In this document: positions 36,130 through 46,438 of the stretch, piece by piece
How the letters are laid out: every line of letters starts with the position of its first letter
Numbering within the stretch: position 1 is the first letter of the stretch
Program-made: the position numbers and the translations under genes
The notes under the pieces: generated by a model
Databases searched by the model: none
The model's input: only the letters and a program-made list of their open reading frames with translations
What the model was told of the DNA's origin: nothing
Assembly (NCBI GenBank): GCA_964634365.1
Contig: CAZWJU010000002.1
Span: 167,150-231,149 of the forward strand
Origin: an uncultured Candidatus Saccharibacteria bacterium
Lineage (GTDB): Bacteria; Patescibacteriota; Minisyncoccia; Phycocordibacterales; UBA9973
Length of the DNA: 64,000 bases
Reading direction: 5' to 3'

Positions 36130-37827
36130 CTATTCTTCATCAAGTTCTACAACACTCTTCACCTCAGACAAACTTGTTACTCCCATTAGTACTTTTACAA
36201 TTCCGTCTTCTTTCATATCGAGCGTGCCTTGTGCATGTGCAGTTCTTTTTATTTCTCGTTCACTTGGATTTTCTGGGATGATTTTTTCAATCGATTCATC
36301 GGTTTGGATTGCTTCAAATATTCCCATTCGTCCCTTGTATCCTGTACCGTTACAAGCCGGGCATCCAACAGCGCTCCATATTTTTAGAGTTTGATTTGGA
36401 TCTACGTTTACCTCTTCAACTATTTTATTTTCGTTTTTTATACCAGTTAAAATTTTTCTCATTACAACTTCATCTTCCTTTGATATTTCTTGTTCTTTTT
36501 TACATTCGTTGCAAAGTTTTCTTACAAGTCTTTGTGCTATAGACAAACGTAGCGCTGACACAAGTATTTTTGGATTTACTTCCAAGTCTATAAGACGAGG
36601 GATCACACCTCCTGCATTGTTTGTGTGAAGCGTCGAGAAAACCAAGTGCCCAGTCAACGCACTTTCTACTGCAATCTTTGCAGTTTCAGAATCGCGTATT
36701 TCTCCGACCATTATCACATCTGGGTCTTGGCGGAGCGCGCTACGCAAACCTTCTAGGAAAGAATAATTTTTTTCTACTTGTGTTTGTGTGATACCTGCAA
36801 GGTGGTATTCTATTGGGTCTTCGATTGTGATTATTTTCAATTCACTTGAATATATTTTACGCAAAAATGCGTACAGTGTTGTGGTTTTACCCGAACCAGT
36901 CGGACCTGTGATAAGTATAAGTCCGTTTGGTTTTGCTATTTCAGCTTCCATAACTGATAAAAGTTTTTTTGGAATACCCATCTCGTCTAGATTTACTTGA
37001 ATTGATTTTGGATCTAGAATTCTCATCACGATTGATTCGCCATATGCTCCTGGTATTACAGATACACGCATAGATATTTCAGTTCCGTCTGATTGGTAAA
37101 TACTAAATCTTCCATCTTGCGCCACACTTTTTATTACAAGTTTTAAACCAGAAACAAGTTTAATACGAGAGTTTACGAGTTTGTAAGTTTCGTGTGGGAA
37201 GGTAAGTATGTTTTGTAGCACACCATCTAGTCTAAAACGCACCTGAACATTGTCCTCGCCTGGTTCTATATGAATATCAGATGCTTTTATAGCAATAGCT
37301 CCACCGAGTATTATTTCTAGCATGTGAGATAGTTTGTGTGTTTTACTGTCGCTCGCAACTTCTTCTACAGTTTTTGCTACATCGTCTATGCTATGGATTT
37401 TTTGTGCGATATCTAAAAGTGCTTCACTGGATATATCTAAGCCACCAGCCTTTGAAGCAGAAGCAAAAGATATTTCTCCATATCTAGACCAAGCCTTCTC
37501 TAAAGAGGCAAGAGAAGCCATATATAGAATCGGATTGTAGTTTTGGCTTTTTATATCTTCAAGTACTTGTGTTAAGTCTTCTCGGACAGGGGATCTAACT
37601 GCGATATGTAGATTTTTACCAAGCACCTTGAAAGGGGCGATCTCTACAGCTTTAGCAGTTTTTTCAGGTACGATACGAAGCGCTTCGTTTTCAATAGTTG
37701 TACTAGATAGATCAATATAGGGGATATTGTATTTTGCAGCAGACAGAATACGAACCAAGTCCTCTTCTTCTTGGTATTTTAAGTCCTCGAGACGCTTTTT
37801 TTGTTTATCCTCATCAAATTGGATCAT
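36130..37827 (-). CDS. pilB: Type IV pilus / type II secretion assembly ATPase (GspE/PilB family); probable start at MIQFDEDKQ (frame extends to 37905)
   Basis: Walker A GPTGSGKTTT, Asp box, His box, C-terminal zinc tetracysteine (CNECKK..CPACNGTG); terminator aaaccc ttac gggttt at 36108-36133. Confidence 0.85.
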   Translation of the reverse strand: MIQFDEDKQKKRLEDLKYQEEEDLVRILSAAKYNIPYIDLSSTTIENEALRIVPEKTAKAVEIAPFKVLGKNLHIAVRSPVREDLTQVLEDIKSQNYNPILYMASLASLEKAWSRYGEISFASASKAGGLDISSEALLDIAQKIHSIDDVAKTVEEVASDSKTHKLSHMLEIILGGAIAIKASDIHIEPGEDNVQVRFRLDGVLQNILTFPHETYKLVNSRIKLVSGLKLVIKSVAQDGRFSIYQSDGTEISMRVSVIPGAYGESIVMRILDPKSIQVNLDEMGIPKKLLSVMEAEIAKPNGLILITGPTGSGKTTTLYAFLRKIYSSELKIITIEDPIEYHLAGITQTQVEKNYSFLEGLRSALRQDPDVIMVGEIRDSETAKIAVESALTGHLVFSTLHTNNAGGVIPRLIDLEVNPKILVSALRLSIAQRLVRKLCNECKKEQEISKEDEVVMRKILTGIKNENKIVEEVNVDPNQTLKIWSAVGCPACNGTGYKGRMGIFEAIQTDESIEKIIPENPSEREIKRTAHAQGTLDMKEDGIVKVLMGVTSLSEVKSVVELDEE

Positions 37828-37999
37828 TACCTTAAATAATACAATGAAATATCTAAAATAAGAAGAAAAACAAGGGGATTTTGGATTAAAGAACTTGCCC
37901 AGCACTAAGCATACTTTGCGCTTAGTGCTGGGTTGACAATAATGCTTAAATGTGATAAGATAAAGAAAAATATTCCGTAAATCCTAAAATCCGATTGAT

Positions 38000-39001
38000 A
38001 TGAAAAAAATACTGTTCATCTTAGTTTTATTGCAAATTATTACTACCTCCGCCTTTGGGCAGGATGGTAAACCCATTCTGAAATCAGAGTGGTGCGGGAA
38101 AATTACTGGTGACCAGTATGTCACCGCAATTGAAAACGGAGACCCTGACGGGATCTTCAACTGTACAACCACAGAGCTCAAAAAAACCTTTAAGGATGTT
38201 TTGAATTGGGATATTGAGCACAAGTGGAAAGATCAAAATTTAAACCCTATTGTAACTGATCAAGATTTGTACTCATCTTTAAGAGCTTGTTTTTCTGGTT
38301 TATCAGACGCCAGCTTTAAAAAAGGCGAAAGATTAATTGGTTATGTGGCCGAAGATGGAACAATCAAGTTCAAGGCATTCCGATCTAATTATGCCGGAGA
38401 AGAAAGTTACAAGTATAGTGGTTTTGATATTTGGTCACAGTGGTGTGGTAATCCGTTCGCTGACTTGGCTTTTTTGGGAAGCACAGGCACTGTTAAAAAA
38501 GATGCCGTTGTTGCAAGTGCAAATGGTCAGCCGATCATCATAAACAACTATGTTTATGCCGGCAACAATAATGGTAATGGTAACGGTGGAGACGCATTGG
38601 CGCTCAGCACCGCGCCAGCTGCAGATAATGCAGTAGATGCGTCAGTGCCTGCGCCGGTTGTTTATCAGCCGCCTGCACCACGCTATGATCCACCTGCGCA
38701 AGTTGTTTACCAACAACCACAACAACCGGTTGTTTATCAAACAGGTCCTGCGCCATCAAGCGGAGGGGATTGCCCTGAGTGTAAGAAGGGTGTACCTGCA
38801 TGGGTTCCGGTTGCAACTGCGGCCGGTGGGGTTGTGTTAGGGTATTTCCTGAACGAATGGATCGGAAACGGTTCTTCAGGAGGAACCTACTACGGAACTC
38901 CAACGGGATATCCTGTTGATGTCAATGGTGGAAACCCTGTTGGCCCTGGTGGTCCAGTAGACATACCGGGTGGCCCTGTGGACATCTCAGGTGGTGGATG
39001 A
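38000..39001 (+). CDS. Secreted hypothetical protein with signal peptide and Pro/Gly/Gln-rich C-terminal region
   Basis: MKKILFILVLLQIITTSAFG signal; C-terminal PAPVVYQPPAPRYDPPAQVVYQQPQQPVVYQ repeats; terminator at 39008-39040. Confidence 0.5.
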   Translation: MKKILFILVLLQIITTSAFGQDGKPILKSEWCGKITGDQYVTAIENGDPDGIFNCTTTELKKTFKDVLNWDIEHKWKDQNLNPIVTDQDLYSSLRACFSGLSDASFKKGERLIGYVAEDGTIKFKAFRSNYAGEESYKYSGFDIWSQWCGNPFADLAFLGSTGTVKKDAVVASANGQPIIINNYVYAGNNNGNGNGGDALALSTAPAADNAVDASVPAPVVYQPPAPRYDPPAQVVYQQPQQPVVYQTGPAPSSGGDCPECKKGVPAWVPVATAAGGVVLGYFLNEWIGNGSSGGTYYGTPTGYPVDVNGGNPVGPGGPVDIPGGPVDISGGG

Positions 39002-39235
39002 TTTGCAATGTTTTTGTACGACCTCGAAGTCGGGGTCGTACTACTTTTTTAGTTCTTGATTTTGGTTTATGCTAGAATCGAGGCCTAAAACATGTAGTTA
39101 TAAGTAGTTTAATATAGATCTCCTATTAGATCCTCCCATATACGGGTGGGTGGGGACTTAATTGACTTTTAAGCTAAAATGTTGTATAATACATATTATT
39201 AGTTGTCATTTATTAGAGATTAAAAAACAAATTTT

Positions 39236-41470
39236 ATGAAAAACTTTATTAAAAAAATCGCATACACATTTTCTTTCCTAGCCTTTGTTGGTTTAGGATT
39301 TACAGCGCTTCCTACAGAGGCTGCTGCTTTTGTGGCGTTCAACAACGATCCACAAGACTATGCTACTTTCCGTGGCATGAACGTTTCAGACTATCCAAAC
39401 GGTACAAACTGGATATCTACAACAGTATCAGCTGATGCTGGTGAAACAATATCTTTCGATATTTATTACCACAACACTGGTAACACAACAGCAAACAATG
39501 TGAAGCTTAAGGTGTCTCCAGAATCTACTGGAACAGGTACATCACACACTTTCACGGGTAGCATATCTGCTGATGGATACGGAGGTCTTTCAGACTCTGT
39601 AAGTGTGTCTCTTTCTAGTTCTCAATCTCTAACATACATCGACAACTCTGCTACTTGGTTTCCAAACCAAACAACTACTGGTTCTGCAATAAGTGATTCA
39701 AGTCTATTCTCAAGTGGAATAAACATCGGTTCAGTTGCACCAGGATGGTCTAGTCAAGGACACCTACGTGTTCAATTCAAAGTAAGTGGAACTACTGATG
39801 TTGCACAATGTGATGACAACGAAGACAACGATGGCGACGGATATACAGATATGGATGACCCAAGTTGTTCAAGTCCAAGTGACGACTCAGAATCTCCATA
39901 TGACGGAGGAGGTGATGATGCTAGTGCTCCTAGTGTAAGCACTCTTTCAGCTGATGATGTAGACGATAACTCTGCAACACTACGTGGTAGTGCTGATGCA
40001 AACGGAGACAGTATAAACAACTGTTGGTTTGAATGGGGTACAAACGATGCAATCGGTGATCTAGATAACACAGAAGATGTTTCATGTTCTATTCCAGATG
40101 ATTCTACTGAAGACTTTTCTGAAAATATATCTGGTCTATCTGACAATGAAGACTATTACTACCGCGCTTGTGCAGAAAACGGCGAAGGTACAGATTGTGG
40201 AGATATTGTTCATTTTGAAACAAATTCTACAGACACAGGTTCTGATCAAGAGCCAGATGTTACAACACTTTCAGAAGACAATGTTGATGAAGACTCTGCA
40301 ACACTTCGAGGAGAAGTTGATGCAAACGATGATTCAGTAAACTCATGTTGGTTTGAATGGGGTACAAACGATGCAATCGATGACCTCGATGAAACAGAAA
40401 ATGTTTCTTGTTCAATCTCAAGTGGAGATACAGAAGAATTTTCTGAGACTATAAACGGTCTAGATGATAACCAAGATTACTACTACCGCGCTTGTGCAGA
40501 GAGTGACATAGGAGAAGACTGTGGATCTATCATGAGTTTCACTACAGATAGTGACAACAATGATGATACAGATTTTGATTATTCAGACGTAACAGTTTCT
40601 ACTGTTAGTGCTACATCTATAACACAAACATCTGCAACACTTTCTGGATTTGTTTACAACACATCAAACGATAATCCTACAGGATGGTTTGAATACGGAC
40701 CAACAACTTACATGGGTCTATACTCATCACAGCAATTACTTGGTACAAATTCAACACTCTCTTACTTCAACACTGTTACAGGTTTAGTTGCTAACACAAC
40801 TTACTATTACAGAGCTGTAGTTCGCGCAGATGATGGAACCCTAAAGTATGGACAAGTTCTAACATTTAGAACACTTTCATACTCAGTTCCAGTGGTTCCA
40901 GTTGTTATCAATACAGGTACAACTATATCTACAGGTACAGGTAATGGAGACATCATGCTTACTATAGACTCTAGATATGAAAATGTTTATATGGGAGATA
41001 TAGTAGATTACACACTTATCTACAAAAATATAAGTGGAAAGACACTTCAAAACGCTACGCTTCGTGTTCTGTTCCCACAAAATATTAACTTCAGAAATTC
41101 TTCAATAGGTGATTACTCACTTGCTGACCACGCTCTAACAATTCAACTCGGTACACTCATTCCAAATCAGACCGGTACGTTCTATATTCAAGGGGTTGTC
41201 GCAAATAGTGCAAAACTAGGTGAGCTACTCGTTACAACTGCAAGTTTAGTTTACACTGACCCTAAGGGTGCTCAGCAAGAAGCTATTGCATACGAGATGA
41301 ATCGTGTTTCTACAAGTAGAAACCCACTTCTGGGTTTAGCATTCTTCTCAGGTCTTGGATTCTTCCCGAATACACTACTTGGATGGTTGCTACTCATACT
41401 TGTGATATTCGCACTAGTTTATCTAGCTCGTAGAATATATACACGTAGACCAACACCAAATTTCAACTAA
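39236..41470 (+). CDS. Large acidic cell-surface protein: signal peptide, two ~120-aa internal repeats, DUF11-like beta domain, C-terminal TM anchor
   Basis: Repeat CWFEWGTNDAI(G/D)DLD(N/E)TE(D/N)VSCSI...DYYYRACAE..G.DCG occurs twice; C-terminus LLGWLLLILVIFALVYLARRIY; terminator aaacccactctagagagtgggttt at 41482-41510. Confidence 0.55.
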   Translation: MKNFIKKIAYTFSFLAFVGLGFTALPTEAAAFVAFNNDPQDYATFRGMNVSDYPNGTNWISTTVSADAGETISFDIYYHNTGNTTANNVKLKVSPESTGTGTSHTFTGSISADGYGGLSDSVSVSLSSSQSLTYIDNSATWFPNQTTTGSAISDSSLFSSGINIGSVAPGWSSQGHLRVQFKVSGTTDVAQCDDNEDNDGDGYTDMDDPSCSSPSDDSESPYDGGGDDASAPSVSTLSADDVDDNSATLRGSADANGDSINNCWFEWGTNDAIGDLDNTEDVSCSIPDDSTEDFSENISGLSDNEDYYYRACAENGEGTDCGDIVHFETNSTDTGSDQEPDVTTLSEDNVDEDSATLRGEVDANDDSVNSCWFEWGTNDAIDDLDETENVSCSISSGDTEEFSETINGLDDNQDYYYRACAESDIGEDCGSIMSFTTDSDNNDDTDFDYSDVTVSTVSATSITQTSATLSGFVYNTSNDNPTGWFEYGPTTYMGLYSSQQLLGTNSTLSYFNTVTGLVANTTYYYRAVVRADDGTLKYGQVLTFRTLSYSVPVVPVVINTGTTISTGTGNGDIMLTIDSRYENVYMGDIVDYTLIYKNISGKTLQNATLRVLFPQNINFRNSSIGDYSLADHALTIQLGTLIPNQTGTFYIQGVVANSAKLGELLVTTASLVYTDPKGAQQEAIAYEMNRVSTSRNPLLGLAFFSGLGFFPNTLLGWLLLILVIFALVYLARRIYTRRPTPNFN

Positions 41471-41500
41471 AGAAGTAAACAACAAAACCCACTCTAGAGA

Positions 41501-41989
41501 GTGGGTTTTGTTTATGCTAGAATCCGTCATATGAAAAGAGTGTTTGAGATAAATGAAATCGATAGTGTTGTAAAAGAATTGCTAAATGCAATTTCTGTAC
41601 CAAAAGATTCTGCGACCGTGATCGCTCTCTCTGGTGATTTGGGTGCGGGCAAAACTACTCTTACTCAAAATATTGCTTTGGTTTGTGGAATAAACGAACA
41701 AGTTCTTTCTCCAACTTTTGTTCTAATGCGAATCTACAAGATAGATGAAAAAAATAGTCAAAAAATATTTGGTTTCAAATACGAACACCTAATACATATC
41801 GACGCATATAGAATAGAAAAAGAAAAAGAACTTCTGACTTTAGGTTGGGAAGAAATGTTAAAAGAGAAAAAGAATTTGATTTTGATCGAGTGGCCAGAGA
41901 AGGTGAGTGGACTAGTTCCTAAAAACGCAATTTCAGTAAAACTAAAACACAAGGGAGAAAAAATAAGAGAAATCGAGGTTTCAAAGTAA
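41501..41989 (+). CDS. tsaE: tRNA t6A37 biosynthesis ATPase TsaE (YjeE); likely start at MKRVFEIN (41531)
   Basis: P-loop LSGDLGAGKTTLTQ and SPTFVLMRIY..HIDAYRIE motifs typical of TsaE. Confidence 0.75.
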   Translation: MGFVYARIRHMKRVFEINEIDSVVKELLNAISVPKDSATVIALSGDLGAGKTTLTQNIALVCGINEQVLSPTFVLMRIYKIDEKNSQKIFGFKYEHLIHIDAYRIEKEKELLTLGWEEMLKEKKNLILIEWPEKVSGLVPKNAISVKLKHKGEKIREIEVSK

Positions 41990-42020
41990 TAGGTATTTTA
42001 GTGATATAATTGGCTTACAA

Positions 42021-44408
42021 ATGCCAAAAAAATCTGAAAATTTAAACAAAAATAAGCTTGTTTTGCTTGATACGCACGCTATTATTCACCGTGCTTACCA
42101 CGCCCTCCCAGACTTCGCCTCTTCAAAAGGAGAGCCTACAGGGGCAATATATGGCCTTCTGACCATGCTTTTAAAGATAATTACAGATATTAAGCCGGAT
42201 TATATTGTGGCCTGCTATGACTTGCCTGAAAAGACTTTTCGACATATTGCCTACGAGCACTACAAAGCTGGACGTGTAAAAGCCGATGATGCGCTGGTGG
42301 TCCAGCTAAATAGTTCAAGAAAAATATTTGAGGCACTTTCTATTCCTATGTATGACTCTCCAGGTTTTGAGGCTGATGATATGCTCGGCACCATAACCGA
42401 GAATTTGAAGAAGAACAAAGATGTAGATATTGTTATAGCTTCAGGTGATATGGACACGCTACAGCTTGTAGATGACAAGAGAGTTCAAGTTTTTACTTTG
42501 AAAAAAGGTATCAACGATACAATTTTATACGACGAAGAAAAGGTTCTAGAAAGGTTTGGTTTCCGTCCTGAATTTTTGCCAGACTACAAAGGTCTGCGTG
42601 GTGACCCGTCTGACAACATAATCGGGATCAAGGGTATTGGAGAAAAAACCGCAGAAATTTTAATTCAAAAATTCGGTACTTTAGAGAAAATGTACAAAGA
42701 GATCAAGAAAGATCCGCTTTGTATAAAAAATGCTGGCCTGTCAGATAGAATCTCTGAGCTTATTAAAAACGGTGAAGAAGAAGCGATTTTTTCTAAAACA
42801 CTAGCTACAATCAGACGCGATGCCCCAATAGATTTCAATCTCCCAGAAAAAAAGTTTTTAGAATCTGTAAATATAGAATCAGTAGAAGAGCTTTTGCGTG
42901 ACTTTGAATTCAAATCTCTAATGAATCGCGTGCGTTCAGTTTTAGGTGGTGCAGAAAATACAAATATTCCCGGCAAAAACATAACAGAGAGTATTTCAAA
43001 AGAGGAAGAAGAAAAAATCAGGATTGCTTTTTGGTTGTTGAATTCAGAAGTTGCCGATGCAAACTTTGAAGACATACTTTCATACGGAGGAGCCAAGAAT
43101 TTTTCTGAAGCTAAAAAAAATATAATTGATAAAATTGAAAAAGAAAATCTCGGTTATGTTTATGAAAAAATTGAACTGTCGATTATACCCATAATCAGAA
43201 AAATGGAAGAGTATGGTGTTCTTGTAGATACTTCATATTTGAAAAAATTATCAGAAAAATATCACACCGAACTCAAAAAACAAGAAGCTTCTATATGGGA
43301 GGATGCTGGGCATGAGTTCAATATAAACTCTCCAAAACAGCTTGGCGTAGTGCTTTTTGATGAAATGAAGCTTGTTCCAGAAACTGGTCGGATGAAAAAA
43401 ACTGCAGGAGGAGCTCGCTCGACAAAGGAGTCTGAGCTTGAAAAACTGCGCGGTTCCAGTCCTATAATAGATAAAATATTTTTATATCGCGAACTACAAA
43501 AACTACTCTCAACTTATATAGATGTGATACCAACACTTGTCGGTAGTGATAGTAGACTACATGCTCACTTTAAACAAAACGGTGCAGCAACAGGCAGATT
43601 TTCTTCACAAGATCCAAACTTACAAAACATACCAACAAAAACAGAGCTTGGTAAAAATATCAGAAATTCTTTTGTAGCACCAAAAGGACATAGCTTGATG
43701 TCTTTTGATTATTCACAAATTGAGCTCCGACTCGCGGCGCTTATGTCCGGAGATGAATATTTGCGAAATGTTTTCGTAGAAGGTCGCGATGTTCACTCTG
43801 CTGTTGCGATGAGGGTTTTTGATGTAAATGAAAAAGATGTGACAGCAGAAATGCGTAGACGTGCAAAGGTGATAAACTTCGGAATACTTTACGGCATGGG
43901 AGTGCTCGCATTAAAACAAAATCTTGGCACAGACAGAGCAGAAGCTCAAAAATTTTACGATAGTTATTTTGAAGAATTTCCAACAATACGCGGATATTTG
44001 GATTCTGTTATTGCACAAGCAAAAGAAAAAGGATATACAGAAACCCTTTTTGGTCGCAGAAGATATTTTCCAGGACTTAGATCAAAAATTCCTTTTATAA
44101 AAGCTATGGCTGAACGCATGGCTATAAATGCACCTCTTCAGGGTACAGCTGCAGATATAATCAAGATTGCAATTAAAAATTCACATGAGGCACTAAAAAA
44201 TGCTGGGTTGCTTGATGGGTGCCACCTCATACTTCAGGTTCATGATGAGTTGGTGTACGAAGTCAAAGAAGAGTATGTAGAAAAAGCCAAGAGTGTTGTG
44301 GTAGAAGCAATGAAAAATGTTATTCCATCTGAATTTATAAAAGATAAAAAACCTGTTCCACTAGATGTACATATATCTGTTGGCAAGAATTGGGGGGAGA
44401 TGAAATAG
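42021..44408 (+). CDS. polA: DNA polymerase I (5'-3' exonuclease + family A polymerase)
   Basis: N-terminal FEN/5'-nuclease motifs, polymerase motifs A (DYSQIELR), B (RRRAKVINFGILYG), C (QVHDELV). Confidence 0.95.
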   Translation: MPKKSENLNKNKLVLLDTHAIIHRAYHALPDFASSKGEPTGAIYGLLTMLLKIITDIKPDYIVACYDLPEKTFRHIAYEHYKAGRVKADDALVVQLNSSRKIFEALSIPMYDSPGFEADDMLGTITENLKKNKDVDIVIASGDMDTLQLVDDKRVQVFTLKKGINDTILYDEEKVLERFGFRPEFLPDYKGLRGDPSDNIIGIKGIGEKTAEILIQKFGTLEKMYKEIKKDPLCIKNAGLSDRISELIKNGEEEAIFSKTLATIRRDAPIDFNLPEKKFLESVNIESVEELLRDFEFKSLMNRVRSVLGGAENTNIPGKNITESISKEEEEKIRIAFWLLNSEVADANFEDILSYGGAKNFSEAKKNIIDKIEKENLGYVYEKIELSIIPIIRKMEEYGVLVDTSYLKKLSEKYHTELKKQEASIWEDAGHEFNINSPKQLGVVLFDEMKLVPETGRMKKTAGGARSTKESELEKLRGSSPIIDKIFLYRELQKLLSTYIDVIPTLVGSDSRLHAHFKQNGAATGRFSSQDPNLQNIPTKTELGKNIRNSFVAPKGHSLMSFDYSQIELRLAALMSGDEYLRNVFVEGRDVHSAVAMRVFDVNEKDVTAEMRRRAKVINFGILYGMGVLALKQNLGTDRAEAQKFYDSYFEEFPTIRGYLDSVIAQAKEKGYTETLFGRRRYFPGLRSKIPFIKAMAERMAINAPLQGTAADIIKIAIKNSHEALKNAGLLDGCHLILQVHDELVYEVKEEYVEKAKSVVVEAMKNVIPSEFIKDKKPVPLDVHISVGKNWGEMK

Positions 44409-44453
44409 TCCCAAGACTCTTCACAAAATTGCTACCCGTGCTACACTTTTTTT

Positions 44454-44924
44454 ATGAACAAAAATAAAACACCAAAAACAGTTCACGAGATACTGGCCCA
44501 CTCATACATCACATACTTCACAGCTCTGGTTTTGGGTCTTATTTTGGACTATTTGTACCCGCTTAGAGTTATGTCTGAAACGCTTGTTTCACTAGGGCCA
44601 CTACTGCTTATACTGGCAACTGTGCTTATATTCTGGTCTCAAAAGACATCTGACAGAACAAAAAAACACAGACTTGATCCAGAAAATCTAACAGCAAAAG
44701 AGTTTCGAAAGGGTCCGTATGTATATCTCAGAAGCCCTACACACCTTGGGCTAGCGCTGTTAGTTTTAGGTTTTGGATTTCTATCAAACTCTGTGATTAT
44801 TGTCTGTGCTTCAATGGTTACTTTTCTTGCAACAAGATATATTTTTGTTGTTAAAGAAGAAAAATATCTCGAGAAAAAATACGGCAAAGCGTATGAAGAT
44901 TATAAAAAAACTGTTAGATTTTAA
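44454..44924 (+). CDS. Isoprenylcysteine carboxyl methyltransferase (ICMT/PEMT-like) family membrane protein
   Basis: 4 TM; C-terminal ...GPYVYLRSPTHLG....EEKYLEKKYGKAYEDYKKTV matches ICMT-family C-terminal signature. Confidence 0.55.
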   Translation: MNKNKTPKTVHEILAHSYITYFTALVLGLILDYLYPLRVMSETLVSLGPLLLILATVLIFWSQKTSDRTKKHRLDPENLTAKEFRKGPYVYLRSPTHLGLALLVLGFGFLSNSVIIVCASMVTFLATRYIFVVKEEKYLEKKYGKAYEDYKKTVRF

Positions 44925-44926
44925 AT

Positions 44927-45649
44927 ATGCTTTATGTTTTTTATGGTAACGATATAGAAAAACGCACAAAATCTCTTGAGCGTTTTTTAGATAAAACAAA
45001 GAAAGATGGTTTTATAGTTAATTTGTTGGACAGCAGTCTAGACGAAGGATTTTTAGCTTCATCAATAGACAGCGTCAATCTATTTGGCGAAAAAACAGCT
45101 TTTGTATTGAGACACACAATAGACGAAGAGAGTGAGAGCTCTTTTGTTTTGGATAATATTTCTAAAATGTCTAAATCAGACAATCTTTTTATTATAGTAG
45201 AGACCGATATAAAGAAATCTGTGCTCAAAGAATTTGAATCCGAAAAAGCAGAAATAGAATTTTTTAAAACAGACAAGAAAGACAAAGAAAGGCCAGCAAT
45301 CTTCTCTCTGACTGATAGTTTTGGGAATAAAGACAAGAAAAACGCTTGGATTATATTTAGAAAAATGCGAGATGATAGCATATCCCCAGACGAAATAATA
45401 CCTATGCTATTTTGGTCTATTAAAAATGCGCTTTTGGTGTATAAGCAAAATCAGAACAATCTCAGTAAAGATAGTACAAAATTAGCACCATTTGTTTATG
45501 GAAAAGCTTCTAATATGGCAAAAAAGTTTACAGACCTAGAATTGTCATCTTTTTTAGAGTCACTAAACGACATGTATCACAATGCGAGGAGTGGGAAAAG
45601 GGATTTAGATAAGGATTTGGAGCTATTTATACTAAAAGCATTGGCATAA
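44927..45649 (+). CDS. Hypothetical; possibly DNA polymerase III delta subunit-like
   Basis: N-terminus MLYVFYGNDIEKRTKSL resembles HolA start; weak. Confidence 0.3.
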   Translation: MLYVFYGNDIEKRTKSLERFLDKTKKDGFIVNLLDSSLDEGFLASSIDSVNLFGEKTAFVLRHTIDEESESSFVLDNISKMSKSDNLFIIVETDIKKSVLKEFESEKAEIEFFKTDKKDKERPAIFSLTDSFGNKDKKNAWIIFRKMRDDSISPDEIIPMLFWSIKNALLVYKQNQNNLSKDSTKLAPFVYGKASNMAKKFTDLELSSFLESLNDMYHNARSGKRDLDKDLELFILKALA

Positions 45650-45876
45650 AAATAAAAAAAGGGTCTCGTGTATGGCGCGTAACCTTTACGCAACATGCAT
45701 GAGACCCTTTCTCCTATCCTAAAGAACAGAAAACCTGTGATTTATACGGATAATAATAATTTCCGTACATAATGAACTGTTTCGATATTTTTTTGCTATC
45801 CCTTAAATATATTCCCTAAATGGGTTACCTGGGGTGCAATTTTTTATGTGCTCTCCCTATATTGTACAACAGTATT

Positions 45877-46434
45877 TTATTGTTGCACTGTGTTTGTTGT
45901 GGATAAGTCAGATCCACCTTGTTTTTTAAGCGTAAAATACACACCGAAGAGTCCAATAAATAGGAACATTGCCATTAGTGGTATTGTTGAAAATCCAAAT
46001 GTAAATACGAATCTTTGTGTGCATGACACAGCAGCAGGGCAAGGTATGGGATTAAAATTCGTATAGGTGATGATTATGTGATACAGAGAGAATATACTTC
46101 CGATTATAGTTAGAGCTAGGTTTATTTGAGATACTAAAAATCTTGGGTATTTTTTTACCATAGCAAGTCCAAACAATACAACCTGAGGATATATGAAAAT
46201 TCTTTGATACCAACACAGAACACATGGTGGGTATTTGTATACATCTGAGTATATAAGACTCATTGCAACAGCACCCAGTGTAATCAAGAATCCGATCAGG
46301 TATGCTTTTTTTGAAATTAGGGCACCAAAAGCTGTTTGTTTCTTTGAAAAAGCCAAATAAATAGCCACTAGGCCAAATACCCCTATAAATATAGAGCCAA
46401 TAGTCGCCAATATGTTGAATATTTCTATAGACAT
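45877..46434 (-). CDS. dsbB: Disulfide bond formation protein B-like membrane oxidoreductase
   Basis: 4 TM; PCVLCWYQRI matches the DsbB CxxC..QR motif; second Cys pair (CPAAVSC) in later loop. Confidence 0.6.
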   Translation of the reverse strand: MSIEIFNILATIGSIFIGVFGLVAIYLAFSKKQTAFGALISKKAYLIGFLITLGAVAMSLIYSDVYKYPPCVLCWYQRIFIYPQVVLFGLAMVKKYPRFLVSQINLALTIIGSIFSLYHIIITYTNFNPIPCPAAVSCTQRFVFTFGFSTIPLMAMFLFIGLFGVYFTLKKQGGSDLSTTNTVQQ

Positions 46435-46438
46435 ATTT

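Noticed and set aside
38604-38903. 99-aa ORF antisense in the Pro/Gln-rich region of 38000..39001
   Set aside because: Repeat-driven open frame. The sense-strand protein has a signal peptide and a terminator.
42021-44408. Possible absence of 3'-5' proofreading domain in PolA
   Set aside because: The length of 795 aa suggests a reduced or absent exonuclease domain. I cannot verify the Exo I-III motifs confidently without an alignment.
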